A stretch of 64,000 bases of DNA from the human T2T-CHM13v2.0 reference genome, Homo sapiens. The stretch's first letter is position 1; each line of letters begins with the position of its first letter. The stretch lies in the NCBI RefSeq assembly GCF_009914755.1, contig NC_060932.1. One strand, given 5' to 3'. Of this stretch, positions 1 to 12,060 are shown in pieces. The notes beneath the pieces were generated by a model, which searched no databases, had not been told where the DNA came from, and saw nothing but the letters and a program-made list of their open reading frames with translations. The translations under genes were made by a program, and so were the position numbers.

Positions 1-367
1 TAAGAGAGTCATATAGTAAATTTCTCCCTTTACCATGGATTTCCAATCACTGAAGTCATCAGGTTGGCCTGAAGACCCCTCAAAATAATGTGTTGCTATT
101 GTGAAGGGCCACCTGTGCCTTACAACAAATCACATCTGATCAACATGTTCAGCCTTGTTCTCACCATCACCTGCTCTCTTGTGTTCAAAATTGCCACCAC
201 TCCTGTTTCTCTTACCACTGCTCTCTCTGCCTAGAAACTTATGCCCTCTCCTCCTGTTCCCCATCATTCTTCCTGGAGTGGGGTCCTAATCATCCTTGAA
301 AATTCATCTTAGGTGCCATCCTTTATGGGAAAATGTCACTAAGTATATCCTTCCCATTGTCATTGAT

Positions 368-530
368 AGCAGCTCTTCCTCAAACTGTAATGTACAAATA
401 AATTACCTGGGTATCTTGTTAATATGCAGATTCTCTTTCAATAGGGCTGAGATGGGGGTTTGCATTTCCAGCAAACTCCCAGGTGCTGTTGATGCTGCTG
501 ATCTACAGTCTACACTTTGGGTACTAGAAC
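368..530. mobile_element. MER5A-like hAT-Charlie MITE
   Basis: Matches MER5A motifs 'acctgggtatcttgttaatatgcagattc' and 'tgcatttccagcaaactcccaggtgctgttgatgctgctg...cacactttg'. Confidence 0.75.
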
Positions 531-669
531 TTAATAGGTAAGGAACACTTCTGCTGAGCTCTTGTAGCATGCTATGCATTGAACTCTTCCCTAGAATTCT
601 TTTGCAATGGTTCAATTATATATCTATCTCTCCCACTAGACAGTGCCTCTTGAGGTCAGAAACTATAAA

Positions 670-800
670 TCTTTCATTTGCAACTGATAAGAATCCAACT
701 GAATCTAGACTGAGGGAAAGGGAAAGGGAGGATGTTTTGGCTCAATTAACTGAAACAAAAAAATTCTAGACATAGCTGGATCCAGGGGCTCAACTGATGC
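670..800 (-). mobile_element. LTR33-like ERVL LTR fragment
   Basis: 'ttgcaactgataagaatccaact...ttggctcaattaactgaaa...gctggatccaggggctcaa' resembles the reverse complement of the LTR33 3' end. Confidence 0.6.
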
Positions 801-1614
801 TTTCTGTACGTGCTTCCTTCCCTCCTTGGCTCTGCTTTATGCAGTACGGAATTCATGGTAAAGGAAGTGAAAGTAGTGAGCTTAGCAACCTCAACAGGAA
901 GAATATACTCCTTCTCAGGTGCTCACAGACTAATAGAGAAGATGGGTTAAATCTAATAACAGAAACATGTTCAGGGTCAAATGAGACCTGAGATGATTAG
1001 AAACCTACTCAACCTGGAGAATTCAGAGAGGGATACTGAGGGTTGAGGTAAAAGGATCAGGAGAAGCTTTCCAGAGCAGGTAATGTCAGACCTGGGTCTT
1101 AAAGAACGACTGTGAGTTTGCTAAGGAAGAATATCCAAGCAGAAGTCACCTTGTATGCCCGCTTAGACAGCAACTTCGTTAATAATGAAAATAAAAATTG
1201 GAAAAGTCAATTTGATATCTAGATAACTGAGCTTTGTAATGCCAAATATCAGGGTATTTGAAAATACCTAAATGGCCTGAGTAAGATCATAAAATCTTAA
1301 TGCTGGTACGCTAAGTATCATCTAATCGGAATTTCTTATTTTACAGATGAGAAAATAAATTGAGACCCTGAAATTTTAAATAATCAAACATTTATTGACT
1401 CTTCTGAAGGCATTAATAATTCCTCTGCTTATTCTCAAATACCCAGGTGCATGCAGTGATACTAATAAAACCATAATTTCAGAGATCAATAAAGTAACAC
1501 TTCCAAGGGAGACAAGTTTTTTTTCTAATCAAGATTTTCACAAGCAAACAAGGCTTCTAAGAAATATATCCATGCACTTTTTCAAAAAACTTCAAAAACA
1601 ATAATAGAACAAAC

Positions 1615-1900
1615 TGTTAGGAATAGAAAACCAAATACCACATGTTCTCACTTATAAGTGGGAGCTAAAGAGTGAGAACACATGGACACATAGAGGGGAA
1701 CAACACACACTGGGGCCTTTCTGAGGGTGGAGGGTGGGAGGAGGGAGAGGATCAGGAAAAATAACTAATGAGTAACAGGCTTAAAACCTGGGTAATGACG
1801 TAATCTGTACAACAAACCCCCATGACACAAGTCTATCTATGTAATAAACCTGCACTTGTACCCCTGAACTTAAAATGAAAGTTAAAAAAAAAAAGAAAAA
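1615..1900 (+). mobile_element. L1PA (about L1PA13-16) 3' end with poly(A)
   Basis: 'aaaaccaaataccacatgttctcacttataagtgggagcta...gtacccctgaacttaaaa' followed by an A tail. Confidence 0.9.
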
Positions 1901-2239
1901 AGTATCAGGAATTCATTTAGCAAATATCTTATGCACAGATACTATGAGGCGGGCACAATGCTAAAGAAACTAAAAGGGTTGTGAAGATAAATAAGACGTC
2001 GCCTGTGCCCTGCAGTGGAAATCATGATTGAGAAATTACCTTCAGAGAGATTAAAATTTCTAAAACCTATAGCTTTAAAATAGAGGATAATAGGATTGAG
2101 AGTGAAGTTACATTGTGAGTATCTTAAATTTTTCTAATTCAAACATACCAGGAACAATTCAAACACAAATGCATGCACACAGGTGTACATTCAGATGAGG
2201 CAGTCAGCTTCAGAGGTGATGTTTGTTACCCCTGAATCT

Positions 2240-2450
2240 AAATTTTATGGATTCAGATTGAAGCCTCATCAAGTGCTAATTGTATGACATGTGACAAATC
2301 ACCTAACGTCTTCTGCCTTAATCCCCACATGTGTAAAAAATGGGGACAATTAAGTACAAATATTTTAGAATTGCTGTGAAGGTCACATGAGATCATACAT
2401 GTAAAGTGTTTGGGGCAGGAACTTGAACATAGTAAGCACTTCTAATGTTT
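2240..2450 (+). mobile_element. MIR SINE
   Basis: MIR core-like 'gtgacaaatcacctaacgtcttctgcctt...aaatgggg' and 'gtaaagtgtt...catagtaagcactt'. Confidence 0.6.
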
Positions 2451-2514
2451 CCTCTCACAACGGTAGATGGTTCTGCCCTGCATTCTACCCTAAGAACACG
2501 CCATTTTCCCTTGA

Positions 2515-2864
<350 letters not shown>

Positions 2865-3285
2865 AGGAATCTGTGGTTCTTTAAGTCAGCCTCAACTTCA
2901 GCTTGTCTCCTTGTGTGAGGATGTCAAACTTCTGGGAATGTGAACCTGGGGTACAGAGATACACTGTGCCTTTAAATGGAAACCCACAGGGATCAGTATC
3001 ACTTTGAGTATACACGATTTCCCAACGAGGGCTACCTTTAAAACTGTACTGTCCATAAGCTGTCACTCCATTGTCTAAGCAGTAGCATGATAGCCCCCAA
3101 GGGCCTTGGCCCAGCAGTCAGAGATTTACCTGCTTTTTCCAACTCTGCCATGACCATTTTCTGCGATCTGAGACAAATCATTCAATTCTGTGCTTCATTT
3201 TCCTCTCCTATAAAATGAGAATATTTCTCTCTCCTGGGGCTGCTGCAGGATCAAATTAAAGTGACTGTGCTTTCAAAATAAAAGA

Positions 3286-3430
3286 AGTGAGGAAGGAAGG
3301 AAGGAAGGAAGGAAGCAAGGAAGGAAGGGAGTGGAGGGGAGAGGGGAGGGGAGGAGAGGGGAGGAGAGGGGAGGAGAGGGGAGGAGAGGGGAGGAGAGGA
3401 GAGGAGAGGAGAGGGGGAGGGAGGAAGCAA
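3286..3430 (+). repeat. (GGAA)n then (GGGGA/GGAGA)n polypurine simple repeat
   Basis: Directly visible. Confidence 0.95.
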
Positions 3431-4179
3431 AAGGAAAGCAAAATGTTGTTTAGGGCAGGATCACAAAGGTTGATTCTGCAGTGAGTTCTAACTGCCTATG
3501 AAATAAATTCCAAACATGGTAATTGTGATGTAAAGTGAAGAGCAATGATACTAAAATAATCCTGTTGGGGAAATTGCAAATCTTAGTTTCTCAGAAGGAC
3601 ATGTATTGATGTAATACCCCTGGCCTCTCTCTACCCTCTTATTCACTCCCTCCTCTTCCCACTCCCTGCCTCTCCCACCCAAGAAGAATGATGCATTTGG
3701 AAGGAGAAACAGAACTGACACAATCCAGCCTCTTCCACTTTTTCTTTGTGGAAGCATTGCTCTTCTCTGCTTCAAGGGCTTTGGAGAAAGACTTCTTCTG
3801 GTCCCAGGCTTCAGGGACTGTGTGAGTCAGTCAGCCTCAGTGTAAAGAGGCCCACTAGGCCCCCACAGGCAGGCCACATTCTCCAGCCCTCCCAGCTTTC
3901 TGTTTTGGAGTAAATTATCTGCAGCTAAAGTGCATTCTGCTGTGCTCCCCCTGGGGCCAGGGACACCTGCCTACAGAGGCTGCCCAGGAACAGTGAGTGG
4001 GTGAGGAAGCCTGCCTCTACTTTCCCCTCTCTCCTGTATCACAACTAATAACTAATATTAGTTAACACGAATGATTGCATTATTATTCTTGGTCATTGTT
4101 ATTTAAAAAGCAATTAAGAATTGCCATATTATATATCCTCTGTGATATTAATAACAAAAACAACACTTGATTTTAGAAT

Positions 4180-4400
4180 ACTACTTTACAGCTATAAAAT
4201 GGTTCTCATTTATTAAGTTATATAAATTTTAAAAAAGCCCTATTGGGCAGTCAGGGAAGTTATTCAGATCCTCATTGTTGATGAAGAAATTGAGGTCCAG
4301 AGAGGTGAAATGAACTTTTGAGAGATACTCAGCTAAAAAAATAAATTAATTAATTAAATTAAATTAAATAAAGCAGGACTAGAAGCCAGGTCTTCAGACT
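4180..4400 (-). mobile_element. MIR SINE
   Basis: 'gatgaagaaattgaggtccagagaggtgaaatga...ggactagaagccaggtct'. Confidence 0.65.
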
Positions 4401-4961
4401 CCTTTTTAAATACTTTTTCTCAAATGACAAATTCATTGTCTTCTCCTGGATTGAACAAACTCCACCCCCATCATAAGACAGGAATGCCTGCTAAGCCCCC
4501 TTACACTATACCTTCCTAATTTGCTGGATTTTGGGAAGGATTAAGACACATGTATACATTTATAAATACATAAGGTATTTATAACTGAAAAGTGCTGGGC
4601 AAATGGAAGACATTATTGTCCTACTGCTATTGTTTCAGATGTGTCATGTTCCTAAGACACATCACAAGTCTTTACAATGCTGGTGGAGTTTGGGTTAACT
4701 GATCCATTGTTAGTCTGTGGACTTCACATTTGTCAAGTCTGAGAGAAGCCAGGCTTCACGGAGCAATTACACAATCACAAGCCAAGTCAGAGAAGATGTT
4801 TTGCTAGAAGCGACGGGAGCCAGACACATCCAGCTACATGGAAATTATATGTGTGCTTGCTGCAGAGATTGTATCACCACTCTTTGTCTGTTCGTTTTGA
4901 CCCTAAACCCTTGGACTCGACTCCTCCTTGAGCCAATATCCCTCACTTGTATCTTCCACAG

Positions 4962-5039
4962 TTTTGGACAATATTGTAATTCATCGTGCCTTTTAAGCAG
5001 TCTGGTCAACTTGACCTGGGCCAAGCAAGTTATTGAAAG
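4962..5039 (+). ncRNA. Candidate internal exon of an unidentified + strand lncRNA
   Basis: Acceptor 'cacttgtatcttccacag|' and donor 'aag|gtattt' in unique sequence; no expression data. Confidence 0.3.
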
Positions 5040-5371
5040 GTATTTATTTAAAGGTAGATCATTTGTTTTCTTCAATAAGCAAGTCTAATTTGTGGAACGC
5101 CTTCAACAAGAAGACGATTATACTCTACTAAGCTTGGTAAACTAAAACCACAGTTATCAACATTTAAGTCAGAAACTGTGAATAAGGTATTATAGAGGAA
5201 AGGGCATGGTTTTTTAAATCAAGGAGACCAAGTTTCCAATCTCAGCTCTGCACTTACAAACTTTCAGATGAAAGTATGTTGTAGAAGAGCTACATTTTAT
5301 TTAAAGCTTACTCTGTCCTAGGATCTATACTATTCTTTTACCTAACTAATTTCACAATGCTTCTATTTATG

Positions 5372-6140
5372 CATTCATTCAGTAAATATTTACTGAGCAA
5401 CTGCTATGTGATAAGCACAGGACCTATGGCACTGAGGCTGGAACTTACAATCCATTTGAGAATACACATGCTAAACAAGAAATTACAAGTGTGGTATTAG
5501 GAGAAAGGAGGTCAGAGTTCTGTAGGATCATACAATAGAGACACCTAATCCAGTTCGGCAATGAGGAAGTCTTTCCTGATAATTGAGTAGAAGTTATCCA
5601 GGCAAAGAAAATAGGCTGATGAAGGGACAGAATGAAAGTGTGGAGGTTATGTGATAGGGAAGGAGTGTACAGTACATTTGAGAAACTGAGAATAGCCCAG
5701 AATGGCTGAAATGTGGAAAAGAGGAAATATGGCAGGATGTGGGGCGAGAGACACAGGTACATGGCTTCTTAACCATGTGGGAAATTTTGGATTTTATCCT
5801 CACAGCAGTAGGATGCCATAAGAAGGGCATAAATGGAGGAGTTTTAGGATTAAATTTGAAGGTTAAAAAGTTCCCTCTGGCTGCATGTAGAGAATGGTGT
5901 TGAAGCAGGGTGAGCAGAAGATGGTGTCAGGGGATCAGAAGTGAGAAGAGAGATCATGGATTGGAGTGGTGGGGACAGAGCAAAGTGAACAGATTTGGAA
6001 AGTGTTTGGTGTAAAAGCAGCAGGACTTGTGATGGGATGGAGGAAGGAAGAGGCTCCAGGTAAAAGGCCCACATGAGATCCAAGGACCAGACTGGCGGTT
6101 CCATTTCTTGGCATAGGCTATACAAGAGAAGTAACAGGGT
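5372..6140 (-). mobile_element. L2 LINE 3' fragment
   Basis: Starts with the reverse complement of the L2 3' end, 'ttcattcagtaaatatttactgagca...ctatgtg', followed by a typical purine-rich L2 body. Confidence 0.8.
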
Positions 6141-6680
6141 GCTTGTAAGGAGAGAATAGAGGACTGTTGGCATGAGGAAAGAAAACCGAAGCTAAGTGAA
6201 GGGCAAATCACCCAGGGATGTGCAGTTGGTGAGAGGCAGAACTAAGATCCCAACCAGCTATTGGAACTTCAAAGCCCCAGAGCTTGACCATGATGCACTA
6301 TTTCTTCTAATCTCTCTGAGTTCCAGTTTCTGCACCTGTAGCACAGATAGGATAATGCCAGTCTTTAGATGGTTATTTATGTTAGTTGTTTTTATTATGT
6401 CGTTTTTCTAGGAGGGACTATGCAACTATCTGGAGCTGTTTTAATAACTTCTCAATTAATGCTTCCAACCTAAGTAAGATGCCTATGTAGATCTAAAAAA
6501 TTGCAGTTCATGTGAGAACAGAGAGCAGAATTTGTTATGTACTCTGCCGCCTCAGGCCACTCTTTAATCTCTTGCATATATTTAATATTAATCTATTTAA
6601 TCCTTTAATATTTCTTTAATATGTTTAATATTAATCTTTTAAATATTTCTCTGTGTATTTCCTGTAACTTTCCTCCACAG

Positions 6681-6930
6681 TGACACACGGAGAGGAAACA
6701 TCAGATTGTTTTTTATCCGCATCTATAAGCACGGGTCATAACTGGAGAAAAAGCCACCATCAACCCAGAAGGCCAACTTCCATAATTATATGAATCGTTT
6801 GTGAACATTTATGGATTAAAATGTTTGAGTAAAGCTGAAATCGGATATTACAGTCCATGAATAGTTCATGCCATGAGACAAAAAATTAAAGAAAAAAATT
6901 TCATTGATTAAACCATTTGATATCATTTGA
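6681..6930 (+). ncRNA. Candidate terminal exon of an unidentified + strand lncRNA
   Basis: Strong acceptor 'tttcctgtaactttcctccacag|' after about 120 nt with no AG; unique sequence with several CpGs; ATTAAA hexamers near 6885 and 6907. Confidence 0.4.
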
Positions 6931-7048
6931 GATGTTTCACAGGAACAAGAATCATTCATCAAAATGTTAGATAACTTAACGTTAGGAAATTTCCTCCAAT
7001 TCCTGCCCACTCTTGGCCTATTCCAGCCAAGTGTTCCCACCAGCCTTT

Positions 7049-7352
7049 GGTTTTGTTTCGTTTTTGTTTTTGAGATGGAGTCTTGCTCCGTCACCCAGGC
7101 TGGAGTGCAGCGGCACAATCTCTGCTCACTGCAACCTCCGCACCTCCAGGTTTAAGCAATTCTCTGCCTCAGCCTCTGGAGTAGCTGGGATTACAGGCAT
7201 GTGCCACCATGCCCAGCTAATTTTTTGTGTTTTTAGTAGAGATGTGGTTTCACCATCTTGGCCAGGCTGGTCTTGAACTCCTGACCTCATGATCCACCCA
7301 CCTCGGCCTCCCAAAGTGCTGGGATTACAGGCATGAGCCACCGCGCCTGGCC
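7049..7352 (-). mobile_element. AluS (Sg-like)
   Basis: Full Alu dimer; TSD tcccaccagccttt at 7035-7048 and 7353-7366. Confidence 0.93.
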
Positions 7353-9199
7353 TCCCACCAGCCTTTTAGCCAAGAGATGAGCTCCTTTCCTATCCTCCTG
7401 GGAAGGACATGAGAAGGAAATGTTCCCTTGGAATCAGGTCCTAGAGATACTGACACTGGAGTCTCCTGTCTAATTTTTAGGTGACTGCTCTGGACTCCTT
7501 TTATCGCATGTTCTCTTACTTTTGTGATCTCTGGTCCCTGACTAGTTTCTTGCCAGTCCTTTACCTTGCCCTTGTGTCCCTTCTTCCTCTCTTTTCCTTG
7601 GTTGTAGTGCCTGAGCACACCTGGACTCCACACTTCCACCCAGCTGCCTGTTCATCAGTTTTCCAGTTTCTTTCTTCTGCCTGTGTATGCTTCATATTTT
7701 CTCCCACAGCCTTACTTTGCCCTAGCCCAGCATCCTGCCCTATCCTCAGTGCATCACTGTCCACAAGTCCAATATTAAAGCAATACATAGATAGCATTTT
7801 CCCACAAAGGCTTCAGATGATGACAGCTGCCATTTACAAGATCTGGAGTTACCTCCTCTGGGAGTCTTCCCTGACTGTCCAGGCTCCATCAGTCTCCCTT
7901 GTACTCTCATGGACCCCAGGTCTATGGAGTTGAAAAGCTCACTTTACAAGTCTGTCACCCCTCCAGGGCTTCACTGTCTACTCGAGAGCAGAGGGTACAA
8001 AAGTCTTGTACCCTTCTGTATTCCCCAAGGCCTTCTGTACAGTAGCGGGCAAATAGGAGATACCTAAGATGACTTTGTTGCCTAAACCCCTCACTTGTAT
8101 GAGCCCCAGAATCTCTTCGAACCACAGTGTCCCTGTTGTATCATATCATATTGTATAGCATGCTGTCATATAATATTGAATTGTATTTTACAGAAGGTAA
8201 AGAGTGTATGTTAATTAATGCAAATTGAGTTATTTGTCCTTTACACATTATTCAAATTTTTAGACCACAATATATTTCATTTAGGCCTAAAGGCGTCAGT
8301 ATAAAGCTGCTAGAAGTACCATAGTCTCAAAAAGCAGAAGAATAGATTGTTTTCAGAATCCAATTCCTATCTCTCCACTTCCTCCCGAAGACAACCACTT
8401 CCATGATGACAGTCAATGGAACAAATAATTGGTTTATATTTTTAAACAGATAAATCATTCTTCAACTTTCCAAGTTCTAGGACCGTGGTTTCCAGATCTG
8501 ATTTCGTGAGAAGGGGAGGAACAGAGAGATAAGGGAACCACATGCCACTTTTAACATGGTAGGTTCTTAGTAATTGAGTATTCAACATATGAATTATTAG
8601 ATAATTGAAAAGTTTCTTTCAACTCTAGGGTCATTGTGATCAGGGGGATCCCATCAGAACCCCGGACTGATACCCACTTTGGACAAGAAGCTCTGGGTTA
8701 GGGTCTGGGTATGTCATGGCCCACACCTTTCTTTGGAGTCTAAGATCAGCCAAGACCTAACTTCCCAGTTTAGTTCTGATTCTTGACCATTTCTCTCTGC
8801 ATTTCAACTTCTCTAATTTCCTTAAACACCAATCTATAAAGAGCCATGGACCTTTTTCCCTTTCACTCTATATCCTGGTTAGTTTAATTCTTGTTTTCTC
8901 ACCTAGTGTTGAAGGAAGGTACGTAGTATAATAAAGATTGCATTCTAGTGAAAGATACAAGTCCTTTTTCAGTCACGTGTGGCCTAGGACAGGTTTGATA
9001 ATTCCCTTAAGCCTCAGTTTGTCCAAGGATAATAGGAATGTAATGATCATTCCCCTGTCTGCCTCACATGGTTATGATGAAAGTCATGTGAGACCACATT
9101 TAGTTCCACAAATATTATTACTACATATTTAAACACTCTGAGGTGTTACAATGTTAATGTGTTAGAAATATTTATATATTGGGAGGAATAATAGTATAG

Positions 9200-9580
9200 A
9201 TCAAAAGTCAGAAACTGGTGACTCATGGGAACCACCCAGCCAGTAGATGTGTTTTATTTGGCCTACATGGTATTTTTATGTATTGGGGCCAGCCTTGAAA
9301 ATAAAGAGATTTCATACTTTAAAAGAAAGAAAGAAAAAATAAAAACAAAATTCCAGTTATTCTTGAAAACTGGAGATCTGGCAAGGCAAGGTTTGTTTTT
9401 CCATGCAGCAACATTTGGATGGAGCCAAGCAGCACCTGCCCTTTTTGGAAGAGTCATGAGTTCTGCAATTTGCTACAGTCCCATCCCTCACGCAGGTACA
9501 TGTGCATGTGCATGCACCTGTTTCACTCATTTCAATTACTCAATCTAGCACCAGCAGCCATTTTTCTTGTGAACCTCCTG
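9200..9580 (+). mobile_element. MER102-like hAT-Charlie element
   Basis: 'agatgtgttttatttggcc', 'cttgaaaactggagatctggcaa' and 'ttcactcattt' match MER102. Confidence 0.7.
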
Positions 9581-10044
9581 TTGTGGCTGAAATTGTTGGA
9601 GTAAGAAAATCCTAGGTTCAAATTCTGCCTTTGCCCTTCAATACTTACGGAAATGAGGACAAATAATAACTGAACTAAGATACTCAGTCTTCTCACTTTT
9701 GATATGTACATAAAATTATCTAACATGTAGATTTTTGTGAGAGTTAGATATGGTGTTTATACAGTTTCAGACACATACATACAATCATTAAAAGATGTCA
9801 TATTACTTGAAATAGGATCCATATAAGAAGAAAACTGTGGCAAAAGGAAGGGCTGTAGAAATTTAGGCAGTGGGGAAAAGACATTTACAAATACAGTGTT
9901 TTAATACATATGGCCTGAGCTGTATGGGAGACCACTTAGCTGCCACTAAAATTTCAGTGATTAAAACAAATAAATAATAGTGTATCAAAATAGCCAGGCT
10001 ATCTTTGGCAATACTCAACTTTCCGTCTGTGATTACAGTAGCCT

Positions 10045-10047
10045 CTG

Positions 10048-10101
<54 letters not shown>

Positions 10102-10103
10102 TG
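10045..10103 (+). repeat. (CT)n(GT)n compound microsatellite
   Basis: Directly visible. Confidence 0.95.
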
Positions 10104-10412
10104 TTTATTCCTTCTTCCCATCTCTTTGTGCTTTCTCAATATATTGTGCTCTTCTGAACCTCGCCAAGATTGAGAAGATAAATGCTGTCCGCCTCACATG
10201 GTTATGATGAAAGTCATCAGGACCCAGCCTGGATGTCCATTTCTGAGAAGTCTTCTCTGACACTCTCAGGTTAGATTAGCTGCCCCCTTCCTTGTGCCCC
10301 ACAGTTCCTGGAATTTCCCTCTATCATTAACGACAATTACACAGAACAGTAAATCTTTTCACATACATGTATCTCTCAATGTTGCAAGGCCCTTGGGAGC
10401 AAGGATGATACC

Positions 10413-10955
<543 letters not shown>

Positions 10956-11824
10956 AAAAAGAAACACTAATATCATGTCCTATTAACCTTTGTTGGTCCT
11001 ACATCTATGTATACAGCAGGCACTCACTCAGGAATTACAGAATGAGCAAGCAAATAAATTGACACATGAATGAATGCTGTTGTGGAAAAAATTCTAATTG
11101 CATGAAAGGTTAGGTAAGATCATCACTAAATTCTCTTCTGACTTTAAAAACCTGTGATTATATTCTGATTCACTTAGTGGGATATCTTTCTTCTCTGAAA
11201 TCACAGAGAATTTAGGTCCCCTCATATCTTGCCTTGTATTATACTCACATGTTATTATCTGATCCTTTTCTTAAATTGAGAATGATTTGAGGGCAGAGAA
11301 ATTTAAATGTTAACCTCTCCTGTGCTAGCACACTGCCTGATACCTAGTAGATACTTAGTAAATATTTCAAGTGAATTGAATTAGATAGCATTGAATTATT
11401 CCTGGAGTCTAAGTGCTTCAAAAGGGCCTCTCATATCTCTCAGGCCTACTCATAAATAATAATCTGTTTTGCTCATTTGTCATATTTTTGTAATTGTCTT
11501 AATGAATTATATTGATTTTGCATAACATTTTTAATAAAAATCTTCTCTGAAGTCTCTCAATACAAACCACCAGTAATAAATACAAAAATACATGGGGCCT
11601 ATTTAGGGGTTATTTTTCTTTTAATAAATTGGATAATGATTAAATGAGAGAAAATAATCAGACAGTCTAAAGAGGATGGTTCAAACTTTAAAAAATCACA
11701 TGGCCTAAATTACTTTCCATTTGCTTGGTATGTTACAATTCACAAAAGACAGCACTATTTCATGGCTTTTAAACAGCCTGAGCTGCATATCATCTCATGA
11801 GTCAGAAAACTGAGATCCAGAGTT

Positions 11825-12060
11825 AGTAATAACTAACACTTATATCATGTTTACTATGCACTAGACACTGTGACATGTTTTAAATATAAGAACTCATTAA
11901 TCTTCTTAACAATCCCAAGAGGTAGATACTATTACTTTCCTCATTAAAGATGTGGAAGACAAGAAAGGTTAGGCAACCTGTTCAGATTCAGATGGTCCAA
12001 AGTCTCGTAGCTAGCCAGAACTCAAACAAGACTCGTTGAGTTCAAAATCTGTTTCCCCTG
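11825..12060 (-). mobile_element. MIR SINE
   Basis: 'aataactaacactta...ttactatgcactagacactgtg...aggtagatactattact'. Confidence 0.65.

Noticed and set aside
7481-7933. 150-aa hydrophobic ORF
   Set aside because: Non-ATG start, pyrimidine-rich composition bias, partly L2-like, no recognisable domain.
4901-8100. cctaaaccc + cctcacttgtat juxtaposed at 8081 but 30 bp apart at 4901-4952
   Set aside because: The matches are only 9 and 12 bp, which is compatible with chance.
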